From: Candidatus Peribacteria bacterium
GTDB taxonomy: Bacteria > Patescibacteriota > Gracilibacteria > Peribacterales > Peribacteraceae
NCBI GenBank assembly: GCA_012515645.1
Contig: JAAYXY010000012.1
Span: forward strand, 1 to 28,160
Length of the DNA stretch: 28,160 nt
Direction: 5' to 3'
A model generated the notes under the pieces. That model ran no database searches. It saw only the letters and a list, made by a program, of their open reading frames with translations, and had not been told where the DNA came from. A program made the position numbers and the translations under genes. Of the stretch, positions 1 through 9,054 are shown piece by piece; position 1 is the first letter of the stretch, and each line of letters opens with the position of its first letter.

Positions 1-2
1 AA

Positions 3-1058
3 CTGCGCGCCAGGGGAAAGAAGGTTATAGGCGGCACGCAGTACACAGATCGTCTGGAAAATGACCGGTCGTTCGGACAGGAGGAATTGCGCCGTCATGG
101 CGTGCGTATTCTGCATTACCAGGAGTTCACGGAATTCAGTGTTGCCATCGAATATGTTCGGCAGCATCCCGGTAAGTACGTCATCAAACCTTCCGGTGGA
201 ATACAGGATTTCAAACAGCTGATTTTTGTAGGCAACGAGGATGATGGCAGCGATGTGATACGCGTGCTCCGCGCATATGAACGCACCTGGGGCGATGACA
301 TCAAAATTTTCCAGCTCCAGAAGAGGGTGACGGGCGTCGAGATATCGATTGCGGCCTTCTTTAACGGCAGCAAATTCCTGATGCCGATCAATGTGACGTT
401 CGAGCATAAGAAGTTATTCCCTGGAGAGCTGGGCGTCTCAACCGGTGAGATGGGAACGAGTATGTTCTGGACGAATCGCAGTCCTATCTTCGAAGCCACG
501 TTGCGGAAAATGGAGGGAACGCTGGCGCAGGAGGGATACGTGGGATGCATAGATATTAATTGTATTGTGAATGGCAACGGTATCTACCCCCTGGAGTTCA
601 CCTGCCGTTTCGGTTATCCACAGGTAAGCATTCAGCGCGCGGGCATCATCGATCCCATCAGTACGGTGCTCATCGGCATCGCGCATGGCAGGGATTTCGC
701 CATACGAACCAAGCGCGGATTCCAGGTGGGAGCGTTAGTTGTCGTGCCGCCCTTCCCGTACGAAGACCTTCCGACGTTCCAGGCGTTTTCGGAAAACGCA
801 GTCATCGTGTTCAAAAAAGAGTCACGGGAGGGTGTGCACGTGCAGGATATCCAACTGGTGAATGGTGAATGGCTCATCACCGGGAGCATGGGGATCGCTC
901 TGGTCATCACCGGAACCGGTAGCACGATGCGCGACGCACAGAAGCAGATGTATTCCCGTATCCAGAACGTTCTCATTCCGAATATGTACTATCGTACGGA
1001 CATCGGTGATCGTTGGACGGAAGACAGCGACAAGCTATGGGCTTGGGGATACCTCTGA
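3..1058 (+). CDS. PurD-like (phosphoribosylamine-glycine ligase-like) ATP-grasp protein, 5' truncated by window edge
   Basis: Frame is open from base 3 (LRARGKKVIGGTQYTDRLENDRSFGQEEL...). ATP-grasp motifs: YVIKPSGG, GVEISI, GYVGCIDIN, PLEFTCRFGYP. The PurD GPNTGGMG loop reads GVSTGEMGT, so I do not call it purD. Confidence 0.8.
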   Translation: MRARGKKVIGGTQYTDRLENDRSFGQEELRRHGVRILHYQEFTEFSVAIEYVRQHPGKYVIKPSGGIQDFKQLIFVGNEDDGSDVIRVLRAYERTWGDDIKIFQLQKRVTGVEISIAAFFNGSKFLMPINVTFEHKKLFPGELGVSTGEMGTSMFWTNRSPIFEATLRKMEGTLAQEGYVGCIDINCIVNGNGIYPLEFTCRFGYPQVSIQRAGIIDPISTVLIGIAHGRDFAIRTKRGFQVGALVVVPPFPYEDLPTFQAFSENAVIVFKKESREGVHVQDIQLVNGEWLITGSMGIALVITGTGSTMRDAQKQMYSRIQNVLIPNMYYRTDIGDRWTEDSDKLWAWGYL

Positions 1059-1073
1059 CGTACACTCGCCTGT

Positions 1074-1976
1074 ATGGCTCTCTACATTGCGAAAGACATC
1101 ACGGAATGCCAGGAGCTCTGGAATGTGTTTAGCCCCAAACAGAGCCTGCACGATCTGTGGGAATTTCGATACCCGTTCTGGGAAGTGTTCCGCTTTGAGC
1201 CGGCCTTCATTGTGCTGGACGGCGAAGCCCTGCTTCCGCTCTGGTTCCATACGCAGCAGCAGCAGTACCTCTGGTTCGGCGATATCGGGGATGAGTGGAA
1301 TTGGCAGGAGGACACGGCGTTTTGGGTGCGCGATCCCTCACAAATCGCGCAGTTGCTGGCGGCGGTGCCGGGCAAGCTCTTCCTGACGGCAGTCCAGCAG
1401 GAATCGGCGCGCCATGTCACACCGCCCGCAGTTGTAACGCCCATGCTACCTAAATCGCTGCTCTCTCTGCGGGGACTGGATTCCGTAGATGCCTATTTAA
1501 TGAGTCTTCCTAAAAAACTGCGGAGCAATGTCCGTCGCGATCAGCGGAGAATAGAAGCGCTGAAGCCAGAGCTCTCTACTGACCGGTTGGAAGATTTTTT
1601 GCATCTTGTGCGCCTCAGCCGCGCTACGTTTAACGATTCGCCTTTCTGTGATGAAAAACTACAGGAAGTGTTTCTGCGCATTACGCAGTGTGGTGCGGAG
1701 GCTTGCCCATTTGAGACACACATACTCACCGCGCGCATCGGCGGCGACGTGGCGGCGGTAGACTGCCTTTTCCTCTGGAACAGCACGCTCTATCCGTTGC
1801 TTACAGGATCAGCGAAAGACCGGTATCCGGGCATCGGGCACTATATGAATCTCCGCGACATCGCGTTTGCGCTGAGCCGGGGCATGCAGCGTATCGATTT
1901 CGCAGAGGTGGAATTGGGGACAGTGAAGGAGAAACTCTTTCCGACCGTTCCGCAATTCACGGTACAACGCACCTGA
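1074..1976 (+). CDS. GNAT-fold acyltransferase (CelD/BcsL, FemAB-like)
   Basis: 300-aa ORF with family-like segments YLMSLPKKLRSNVRRDQRR, RIGGDVAAV, YPGIGHYM, GMQRIDF. TACACT -10 box lies 7 nt upstream of the ATG. Confidence 0.75.
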   Translation: MALYIAKDITECQELWNVFSPKQSLHDLWEFRYPFWEVFRFEPAFIVLDGEALLPLWFHTQQQQYLWFGDIGDEWNWQEDTAFWVRDPSQIAQLLAAVPGKLFLTAVQQESARHVTPPAVVTPMLPKSLLSLRGLDSVDAYLMSLPKKLRSNVRRDQRRIEALKPELSTDRLEDFLHLVRLSRATFNDSPFCDEKLQEVFLRITQCGAEACPFETHILTARIGGDVAAVDCLFLWNSTLYPLLTGSAKDRYPGIGHYMNLRDIAFALSRGMQRIDFAEVELGTVKEKLFPTVPQFTVQRT

Positions 1977-1977
1977 T

Positions 1978-2415
1978 ATGGCTTTGCTTCTACGTTGCAT
2001 CACTCGGGAGGATTTGCAGGCCATCGCGCGTCTGGAGGTGCTTTTTGAACAAGATAGCCTCAGTACGCGGACACTGGCGAATATCATTCGTTCCAACCCT
2101 GAGTGCATGATGGTTGCGGAGGAAGAGGGCGAAGTTGTGGGATACATCCTCGTGCGCCGGGCTAAGCGTACCGGCCGCCTGCACATAGATAGCATCATCG
2201 TAGACCCGGCACAGCGGGGCAAAGGCATTGGCAGGGCGATGATGGAACACGTAGTGAAACAACACGGACATGAGGAGTTGCGATTGGTTGTGGCACAGGG
2301 CAATCATGCCGCACTCCGGCTGTACCAAAGCCTGGGGTTTGCCGTCACAAAGAAGCTTGCGGAGTACTACGGCGATGGCAGCGATGCGTATCGCATGGTG
2401 CGGCCGGGAGATTGA
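1978..2415 (+). CDS. RimI-like GNAT N-acetyltransferase
   Basis: Acetyl-CoA motif VDPAQRGKGIG, plus NHAALRLYQSLGF and YYGDGSDAYRM typical of RimI-like proteins. Starts 1 nt after the previous stop. Confidence 0.85.
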   Translation: MALLLRCITREDLQAIARLEVLFEQDSLSTRTLANIIRSNPECMMVAEEEGEVVGYILVRRAKRTGRLHIDSIIVDPAQRGKGIGRAMMEHVVKQHGHEELRLVVAQGNHAALRLYQSLGFAVTKKLAEYYGDGSDAYRMVRPGD

Positions 2416-2519
2416 TGTACAGAGATGTTCTCGTAAAATCGGTAATTGCATTCCAGTGGGATTGTCGGTTCTTTGTAAGGAGGAGGGTATGTGGGTGGCT
2501 TTACATGTTCAGATATTGG

Positions 2520-2551
2520 CCAGCCACGTCAGATTTATCTGACGTGGCTGG
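2520..2551. repeat. Perfect 15-bp inverted repeat overlapping tRNA-Gln 3' end
   Basis: ccagccacgtcagat-tt-atctgacgtggctgg. The right arm includes the tRNA CCA end. Confidence 0.95.
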
Positions 2552-2619
2552 GGAGGAGGGACTCGAACCCCCGAATGCCTGCTCCAGAGGCAGGTGCCTT
2601 ACCACTTGGCTACTCCCCA
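2545..2619 (-). tRNA. tRNA-Gln(CTG)
   Basis: TGGGGAG/CTCCCCA acceptor, D arm, CCTGC-CTCTGGA-GCAGG anticodon arm, GGTTCGAGTCC T arm, encoded CCA. 75 nt. Confidence 0.97.
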
Positions 2620-2720
2620 ACGATGAATGAACGAATGAACGGCTTATCGGTGTGCCATCTGCCACGTTAGCTTCAGCTGACCGTGGCTTGGCTACTCCCC
2701 AACGATGAATGAACGGCTTA
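2605..2720. repeat. Direct repeat of tRNA-Gln 5' end plus leader
   Basis: cttggctactccccaacgatgaatgaacg (29 bp) is identical at 2605-2633 and 2687-2715. Both copies end in ggctta; copy 1 carries an extra tandem gaatgaac. Confidence 0.95.
2661..2687. repeat. Imperfect third copy of the CCACGTCAGCT-NN-AGCTGACGTGG palindrome
   Basis: gccacgttagct-tc-agctgaccgtggc, located between the two direct-repeat copies. Confidence 0.85.
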
Positions 2721-2773
2721 CTGGTTCGCACCCATCATAGCAATAGGGAGCCGTGAGAGAAGGGGAAAGGCAT

Positions 2774-2806
2774 AAAAAAGCGCACCCGTATCCGGGTGCG
2801 CTTTTT
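2774..2806. terminator. Bidirectional rho-independent terminator
   Basis: A6-gcgcacccg-tatc-cgggtgcgc-T5, downstream of the minus-strand lipoprotein gene. Confidence 0.9.
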
Positions 2807-2855
2807 AAGACCGCACTGCGTGCGGATACAAGCCTGTTCATGGCTTGCCTGGTGC

Positions 2856-3314
2856 TTAGAAAAGATCCTCGATATCCATTTCAGCTTCAGCTTCTGCATC
2901 TGCCTCTGCTTCCGCATCAGCCTCCAGGTCTTCTTCTTCTTCTGCCACGTCTTCCTCGTCAGATACAGAGAAGACGTCGACAACTACTTCGCCGTCTGCA
3001 TTAACGTATGCCACCACATCCGCCGTGACGGCAATATGCCCGTCTTCGTACTCTACAACGGCAACATCGTCGTCGGTCCATCGGATTCCGGTGACGTAGA
3101 ACGTACCGCCGAGAACGGCGTCAATAGTGGAGAGATCACTGATATTCGCGGTAATATACGCTTCAATAAGATCTTTGTCGGTTTCCGTCAGGCGGTCATA
3201 CTGTTCCTCTTCCGCAGGTGGGGGCGGAGGGGGTGTGTCTTCCTGTTCGGCGGGTGGTTGCGAACAAGCGGGAAGCACAAGGAGGGTTGCCAAGAGGATA
3301 GAAAGTTTTCGCAT
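2856..3314 (-). CDS. Hypothetical lipoprotein with Pro-rich linker and acidic tail
   Basis: Start reassigned to MRKLSILLATLLVLPAC (signal peptide plus lipobox Cys). Core is LGGTFYVT...VEYEDGH; the C-terminus is D/E/A-rich. Confidence 0.8.
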   Translation of the reverse strand: MRKLSILLATLLVLPACSQPPAEQEDTPPPPPPAEEEQYDRLTETDKDLIEAYITANISDLSTIDAVLGGTFYVTGIRWTDDDVAVVEYEDGHIAVTADVVAYVNADGEVVVDVFSVSDEEDVAEEEEDLEADAEAEADAEAEAEMDIEDLF

Positions 3315-3410
3315 CGATGAAGAGGGGAAGAAAGTAGGGACACATGATAGTGGGATATATTTATTTTGTACAGGGTGCGCTCTCTGTCTGTGGACGGTAC
3401 ACTCCTCGCC

Positions 3411-5264
3411 GTGAACGGATACATGTATGCCATAGTGCCCAAGAGCATGGAGCGAAAATATCGCAAGCTCCATGAGTTGTTTTGCATCATGGGAGTGCGA
3501 TTCCATCAGCTGGCCATACCTATAGTTCTGTCTTTCACTGCTGCAATGTGTGCAGTCGCTGGGTTTGGGCTCCTTATTCCTTTGGCGCGCAGCCTGGCGG
3601 CAAGAGATATCAGTCAAATGCTAGATACCCCATTCTTGGGGAATGTGCTCACGATATTCGCACGATCACCAACAGAGGCCTTGAGTGAAACAGCACTACT
3701 CGTTATTGCCGCAGGTCTCTTTGTGGCGCTGCAATTATTACGTATTAGCCTAGAATATGCGTCTTTTGCATTTGCGCACTACTGGGGGGGGCGGTATGCC
3801 AGGAATATCACCTTGGCCATGCTGCGCAGGTACCTGCGATTCGGAAAGCTCTTCTTCGATCGTGAGAGCCAGGGGGAAATGCGCACGACCATTATGTACT
3901 CGCAGGAGGTGCTGCAGCTCCTCATATCACTAAGGACTCTGTTGAATGCGGGTCTGCAGCTATTGGCGCGTTTGTGTATCATGCTGGTCATTTCATGGAA
4001 GCTCACGCTGATTATGGCGTGCGCCTTTCCTCTGTTGTTCGTATGTATGCGCAGGATCGCAGTTGCGATGCGGCGCCTCTCTTTGCACTTCCGCCAGAAG
4101 CAGATGGAATTCGGGCGCAAATTGTTCAACGTGTTCAGTGCCATGACGCTCGTGAAAACCTATACCAGAGAACAGGCCATGCTCGAGCACTTTGGAGCAT
4201 TGCAGACAGAGATACGCAGTACGTGGTTCCGCATGCTTCTGTTGGAAGAAAGTACCAAGCCCATACAGGAGGTGATTATAGTGTGCTTCGTGACAGCGAT
4301 GCTGTTTGCGGGGACGTTTATGCAGCAAGCGGTGCTGGATGCGGAGCAAATCGCCGTACTGGTGGTATTTCTGTACGTTGTTATTGGGACCATGCCGCTC
4401 TATGCACAGATGGGGCGCATGTTCGGTCTGGCGGTGGAAACAACTGGTCCGGTGCTGCAGGTGCTCAGTGTGTTCAACGATGAAGAAAAATTTATTGTGC
4501 CGGAGGGGCAGGAAGAATTTGGTGGTCTGCGTAGCGGCATTGCGTTCCGTGATGTGTGGTTCTCGTATACCGAAGACGTGCCGGTGTTGCAGGGGGTGAC
4601 GTTTGACGTACCAAAGGGGAGCACGGTAGCTATCGTTGGTCCGAGTGGCAGCGGCAAGACGACATTGGTAAATTTGCTCTTGCGGTTATACGACTGCGCT
4701 CCATCGGCGATACAGCTGGATGGCAGGGATATTCGCACTCTGACGCACGCGTCGCTCCAGAAACACATTGCATACGTAACCCAAGAACCGCTGCTCTTCA
4801 ATGAGAGCCTGCGTGAAAACCTCCTATTTGGCATGGATAATCACCTGGAGGATGCTACGTTGCACAGCGTGCTGCAGCAAGCGCGTCTGGATGATTTGAT
4901 ATCACGTCTGCCGGCCGGTATGGAGACGGTAGTCGGGGATCGCGGCATCCAGCTTTCCGGTGGGGAGAAACAACGTCTCTCTATCGCGCGTGCGATTCTG
5001 AAGGATGCGGAGATCATCGTGCTCGACGAGGCCACAAGTTCCCTGGATTCCCAGACCGAACGGCGGATCCAGGAGGCGCTGGAGCTCATCTTGCAGGATA
5101 GGACGGCGATCATTATCGCGCATCGCCTCTCCACCATCCGCAATGCGGATAAGATCGTGGTCATACACGCGGGGCAGGTGGCGGAGGAGGGGACACTCAG
5201 TGCTTTACTGGCCGATGAAGATGGCATGTTCCATCGCCTGTGGAAGGCACAGCAGTTCTATTGA
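3411..5264 (+). CDS. ABC exporter, fused permease/ATPase (MsbA/HetA-like)
   Basis: N-terminal TM helices, Walker A GPSGSGKT, signature LSGGEKQR, Walker B IIVLDE, H-loop IAHRLS. Start is uncertain: GTG 3411 sits 7 nt after TACACT; ATG 3447 is an alternative. Confidence 0.9.
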   Translation: MNGYMYAIVPKSMERKYRKLHELFCIMGVRFHQLAIPIVLSFTAAMCAVAGFGLLIPLARSLAARDISQMLDTPFLGNVLTIFARSPTEALSETALLVIAAGLFVALQLLRISLEYASFAFAHYWGGRYARNITLAMLRRYLRFGKLFFDRESQGEMRTTIMYSQEVLQLLISLRTLLNAGLQLLARLCIMLVISWKLTLIMACAFPLLFVCMRRIAVAMRRLSLHFRQKQMEFGRKLFNVFSAMTLVKTYTREQAMLEHFGALQTEIRSTWFRMLLLEESTKPIQEVIIVCFVTAMLFAGTFMQQAVLDAEQIAVLVVFLYVVIGTMPLYAQMGRMFGLAVETTGPVLQVLSVFNDEEKFIVPEGQEEFGGLRSGIAFRDVWFSYTEDVPVLQGVTFDVPKGSTVAIVGPSGSGKTTLVNLLLRLYDCAPSAIQLDGRDIRTLTHASLQKHIAYVTQEPLLFNESLRENLLFGMDNHLEDATLHSVLQQARLDDLISRLPAGMETVVGDRGIQLSGGEKQRLSIARAILKDAEIIVLDEATSSLDSQTERRIQEALELILQDRTAIIIAHRLSTIRNADKIVVIHAGQVAEEGTLSALLADEDGMFHRLWKAQQFY

Positions 5265-5692
5265 TTCCCCGTCGGTCAGTTGTTTTCTCTGCATCAGACG
5301 GGAAAATCAACCAACGATGTGACACGTTGTTCTATTGCCGTGCGGATCTGTGCGCATCGATCACATTCTTCCTGCATCTCGCTTGTATGCATGGAATAAA
5401 TGGGGACAAGCTGTCCTGCTTGGCGCATCATGGTGCGTTCTTGTGCGCCGAAGCGCCAGGAATCCGATACGTCGATTGTTGGGGTAAACATGAGGGAAAG
5501 GGGAAAGAGAATATAAAAACACCTCCGCTGCGTGGGAGGGGAGCTCGTGCGTCGTACAGGAATATTTACTTATGCACGCAACTGCCCTCCCGCCGTAAGG
5601 AGGAGAAGTTCCAGGCCGAGTCCGAGGGACAAGGCGTGCATTGCGTGCAGCATAATGCGATTTATGCGTATGTCAAGATGTGCCCGCATGGT

Positions 5693-6544
5693 TTATGCGA
5701 CAGGGGACACGCGACCGTGCCGCAGTGGCGGAATATCGAGGGATTCCATGGAATCCGCAGATGCGATGGCGTAACTGCCTTGTAACAGGAATTTGGATGC
5801 AGCGGTATCGTACTTGGGAGGCACGTATCGGGAGATGCCGTATCCGGGAATGATGCTCATGGGCACGGTATGATCGTACAGTTGTACTGCGCGTTCCAGA
5901 CGCCCTTCCCATACGGTTACTTGGTTGCATTGTTCGATAAGCAGGAACGTTTGTGCTCCGATACGGCAGGAAGCCAGTTGGTGCCAGGGGTGCCGCAGCC
6001 GCTCTTGCGGCTGCTGTGGCCAGATAGAAATGAGGTACATCGGTATGCCGCGCGCGTGCAGTAGCTCGCAGGCGCGATTGGCGTGGTCGTTGCAATCGCG
6101 GTGCTCATCCGGTACACATGTTTGTTGTGCCTTCGAAAGGCGGTAATTGCCCAGGTATTCGGCAGATACGGAGAGTGTGCGACCGATACTGTTCCATGTA
6201 TCCGTTGGCTTTTTCGTCATATTGTTCAAAGTATTGCCCAGTCGTTGCGCCGCTTCCTGGCTCATGGTTCCTATGGCCAGTGTGGATGTCGAATCGCCGT
6301 CTGCGTCCCCGGCACGACCGTATCGGATCGAAAGATCGTATCCCAGACTCGCATGCAGTGTCTGCAGCAGTTCCGGCATGGTGCGCGGTGGTGTAGATGG
6401 AGGGACGCATTCTGTGGCCGGTTGCGTAAGCTCTGTGAGCAGTATCCCAAAACTGCTTTGCAGAGCAGTGAGGGTTTGCAGACCGGATCGCATGAAGGAT
6501 CGTCTGTTGACGTTGCGCGGGCAGTGGTGCGGGCGCTCCTCCAT
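5693..6544 (-). CDS. Hypothetical protein, possible transglutaminase-like Cys-His-Glu enzyme
   Basis: 283-aa ORF with TAGCAT -10 box 6 nt upstream. Motifs: RDCNDHA...L...GIP, PWHQ, LLIEQ; N-terminal NRRSFMR. Confidence 0.65.
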   Translation of the reverse strand: MEERPHHCPRNVNRRSFMRSGLQTLTALQSSFGILLTELTQPATECVPPSTPPRTMPELLQTLHASLGYDLSIRYGRAGDADGDSTSTLAIGTMSQEAAQRLGNTLNNMTKKPTDTWNSIGRTLSVSAEYLGNYRLSKAQQTCVPDEHRDCNDHANRACELLHARGIPMYLISIWPQQPQERLRHPWHQLASCRIGAQTFLLIEQCNQVTVWEGRLERAVQLYDHTVPMSIIPGYGISRYVPPKYDTAASKFLLQGSYAIASADSMESLDIPPLRHGRVSPVA

Positions 6545-6580
6545 GGCGCAATGCTACCCCTGTGGCGTGGGTGGCGACAA

Positions 6581-7648
6581 CTATGCAGTACATCGCAGGT
6601 CGCCGCTCGCGTGTGTGATAGTGATCGTCGGATCATCGGTGACGGTACCTGCTTGCTGTGCTTCTATGCCTTCGTCTGCCAGAATGCGCACGCTCTCTTC
6701 GGCGTACTCCTGCGGCACGATCACCAGCATGCCGTTGCCCATGTTCCATGTGCGGTACGCTTCTTCCGCTGGTACCTTGCCCAGTGCGGCGATGTCGGCG
6801 ATCGCCTGGTGCGGCGGCCACAGATCCGTCAAATGCGCTCCCGTGCCGGTGCGTTTGAGCACGCGGCGCAATTTGGATGGGATGCCGCCGCCGGTGACGT
6901 GCGCGATTCCCTGTACAGGAATGCGCCGTTCTTGCCCGTAGCGTCCTGTTAGTGTGAGGATTGCTCTGTGGTACACGATACTGGGGGTTAGGAATGCATT
7001 TCCCCAAGTAATGTCATCGTTCCACTGTTTTTCCCACCATGTATCTCCGTGGTGATCCGTGAGAATTTTTCGGATCAGCGAGAATCCGTTGGAACGGGCA
7101 ACGGCGGAACGCAGCGACAGTATCGCGCTGCCGGACTGCACGGCGCTACCGTCGATCACACGGTCTTTGGCGACGATGCCGATTGCAGTGGCACTCCATA
7201 CGCCGCGCGAGACGGCACCCGGCACCTCGGCGATTTCCCCTGCAGGAATGACAATGCATTGTTCTCTGCAGGCGCTTGCCAGACCGCTCAGAAGTGCATC
7301 GATCATTACAGGATCGATGGAGGGGACATCCAGGCAGTTGCTCACGCTGAGCACTTCAGCGCCTATACATACGGCGTCGTCTGCCACCATGGCCAGAAGG
7401 TCGAAACCGAGCGTTCGAAAATCCTGCATTGCCGCAGCCAGATCCATTTTTGTGCCTGTTCCGTCGCTGGTCTGGACCAGGTAGTACTCGCCCATATCCA
7501 GCAGGCCGGCAAATCCGCCGCCGTCGAATACCGGAGCGCCGATCATATCTTTGCGAATAGGGAAGGTGGACGCTGCATGAGCGTATGCGGATCGCGATGC
7601 CGCATCGCCGGCCGTGACGTCCACGCCAGCATCTCTGTAGGTTGTCAT
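6581..7648 (-). CDS. purM: Phosphoribosylformylglycinamidine cyclo-ligase (AIR synthetase)
   Basis: TYRDAGVD, DGTGTK, DLLAMVADD, GEIAEVPG, SNGFSL, AHVTGGG, RTWNMGNGM. Confidence 0.95.
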   Translation of the reverse strand: MTTYRDAGVDVTAGDAASRSAYAHAASTFPIRKDMIGAPVFDGGGFAGLLDMGEYYLVQTSDGTGTKMDLAAAMQDFRTLGFDLLAMVADDAVCIGAEVLSVSNCLDVPSIDPVMIDALLSGLASACREQCIVIPAGEIAEVPGAVSRGVWSATAIGIVAKDRVIDGSAVQSGSAILSLRSAVARSNGFSLIRKILTDHHGDTWWEKQWNDDITWGNAFLTPSIVYHRAILTLTGRYGQERRIPVQGIAHVTGGGIPSKLRRVLKRTGTGAHLTDLWPPHQAIADIAALGKVPAEEAYRTWNMGNGMLVIVPQEYAEESVRILADEGIEAQQAGTVTDDPTITITHASGDLRCTA

Positions 7649-7693
7649 GCGTGCAGCATAGCAGGTGAAATGCCGAAGGTGTATGCTTGCGTC

Positions 7694-8224
7694 ATGTCAA
7701 CGCACTCTCATATGCCGCTCCGTGTCACTCTTCTCATTATTGCAGGTGTACTGCTGAGTATGGCTTGGTTCTGTATGGCATATCCGAGTTTCTTCACGCG
7801 GTTTTACCAGGTCACCGCATTTCCGGATAGTGCGCACAGTCATTTACTCATTATCCTGGGTACGCTGCTACTCGTGTATGCAGCGGGAGCAATTTTCGCG
7901 GCAATGCGCCCTGTTCGCAATAATGGCATCGTCCTACTGCTCATTGTGCTGCATTTTGCTCTTTTTGTGGTAGATATTGTCCTTCTGGCGCGGGGTGCGG
8001 CGCTTCCGCTCCGTTACGTATTGCCGGAAATGTTGTATGTGCTGCTCATGTGCACGTTGCTTATCCGGTACTATCCTGTGCGTGATCATGGTGAGGAGCT
8101 GCGCGAGACAGCGGATGTGCTGGTACAGACGTTCCAGGATCGTTTGCGGAAAGACAGGAAAGACGAAGAGAAAACCAAGCGCAATGCAGAGCCCGAGAAG
8201 GCAGAGCCCGAGACTACGCAGTAA
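7694..8224 (+). CDS. Hypothetical membrane protein (about 4 TM) with charged tail
   Basis: The hydrophobic C-terminal part of track ORF 7049..8224. ATG 7694 lies 6 nt after TATGCT. Divergent from purM. Confidence 0.7.
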   Translation: MSTHSHMPLRVTLLIIAGVLLSMAWFCMAYPSFFTRFYQVTAFPDSAHSHLLIILGTLLLVYAAGAIFAAMRPVRNNGIVLLLIVLHFALFVVDIVLLARGAALPLRYVLPEMLYVLLMCTLLIRYYPVRDHGEELRETADVLVQTFQDRLRKDRKDEEKTKRNAEPEKAEPETTQ

Positions 8225-8230
8225 GCTCCG

Positions 8231-9001
8231 TTACCGCGAGGTAGAAACGATTTTTACAGAGGAGTGTTTTCTGGATGACTTGTGGGGTGCGGGTGCGTTT
8301 TTTTTAGTAGGGCGCTCATTCTTGCGTTCCGGAGCGTACGAACCCACGCTGTCACGCGCCACGCGTCCCGCTTCCAGGCGGATAACGCGTGTTTGCAGAG
8401 CATCGACGATGGTTGTGTCATGTGTGGCGAGTATCACCGTGGCGCCGTGCTGGTGCATTGCCCGGAAGAGGTCCAGGATCCGCATGGATTCTTGGGGATC
8501 TAAGTTCCCCGTCGGTTCGTCGGCAAGCACGATCATGGGCTTGTGGACGATCGCTCGACCTATTGCAGTACGCGCTTTCTCTCCACCAGAGAGCGCGTGG
8601 CAGAGCACATTGCACCGGGATGCCATGTCCAGTGCTTCCAGTACCTCCCCGACGCGCTTGGTGATGGTGGTCATGCTGGCGCCGCATATTTCCAATGGGA
8701 AGGCGACGTTCTCTGCAACGGTCCTGTTCCAGAGGAGTTTGTAGTCCTGGAATACCACGCCGATGCGCCTGCGGTACATCTGCAGCGCGCGCGGCGGAAC
8801 GCGGCGCAAATCCACGCCGTCCACATGCACACTGCCGGCTGTCACGGTCTCCGCGCCAATGAGCACATGCATGAGTGTGGTCTTGCCGGCGCCGCTGGGC
8901 CCCGTGATGCAGACAAACTCTCCCGGCCGGATATCAAAGCCGATATCCGTGAGGACGGCGCGCTGGCCGATACGACGGGATACATCCTGGAGCGAGATCA
9001 T
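8231..9001 (-). CDS. ftsE: Cell division ATP-binding protein FtsE
   Basis: GPSGAGKT, RRRIGVVFQDYKLL, LSGGE, IVLADEPTGNLD, GATVILATHD. Confidence 0.88.
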   Translation of the reverse strand: MISLQDVSRRIGQRAVLTDIGFDIRPGEFVCITGPSGAGKTTLMHVLIGAETVTAGSVHVDGVDLRRVPPRALQMYRRRIGVVFQDYKLLWNRTVAENVAFPLEICGASMTTITKRVGEVLEALDMASRCNVLCHALSGGEKARTAIGRAIVHKPMIVLADEPTGNLDPQESMRILDLFRAMHQHGATVILATHDTTIVDALQTRVIRLEAGRVARDSVGSYAPERKNERPTKKNAPAPHKSSRKHSSVKIVSTSR

Positions 9002-9054
9002 GGTGCTCAGTATACGGATGCGTGTGCCATTGCCACATTGTGGGATTCCAAGAA

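Noticed and set aside
2605-2715. CRISPR-like 29-bp repeat with 53-bp spacer
   Set aside because: Only two copies, the repeat is tRNA-derived, and there are no cas genes.
2878-2960. Repetitive DNA (gcttc/gcatc-type units)
   Set aside because: It encodes the EAEADAEAE acidic tail of the lipoprotein, so it is coding low complexity.
5240-5785. ORFs 5240..5785(+), 5294..5491(-), 5532..5774(+)
   Set aside because: No motifs or start signals, they overlap real genes, and their composition is not protein-like.
6083-7693. Long plus-strand ORFs (6083..6952 and the N-terminal part of 7049..8224)
   Set aside because: Antisense shadows of purM and the 5693..6544 gene in GC-rich DNA.
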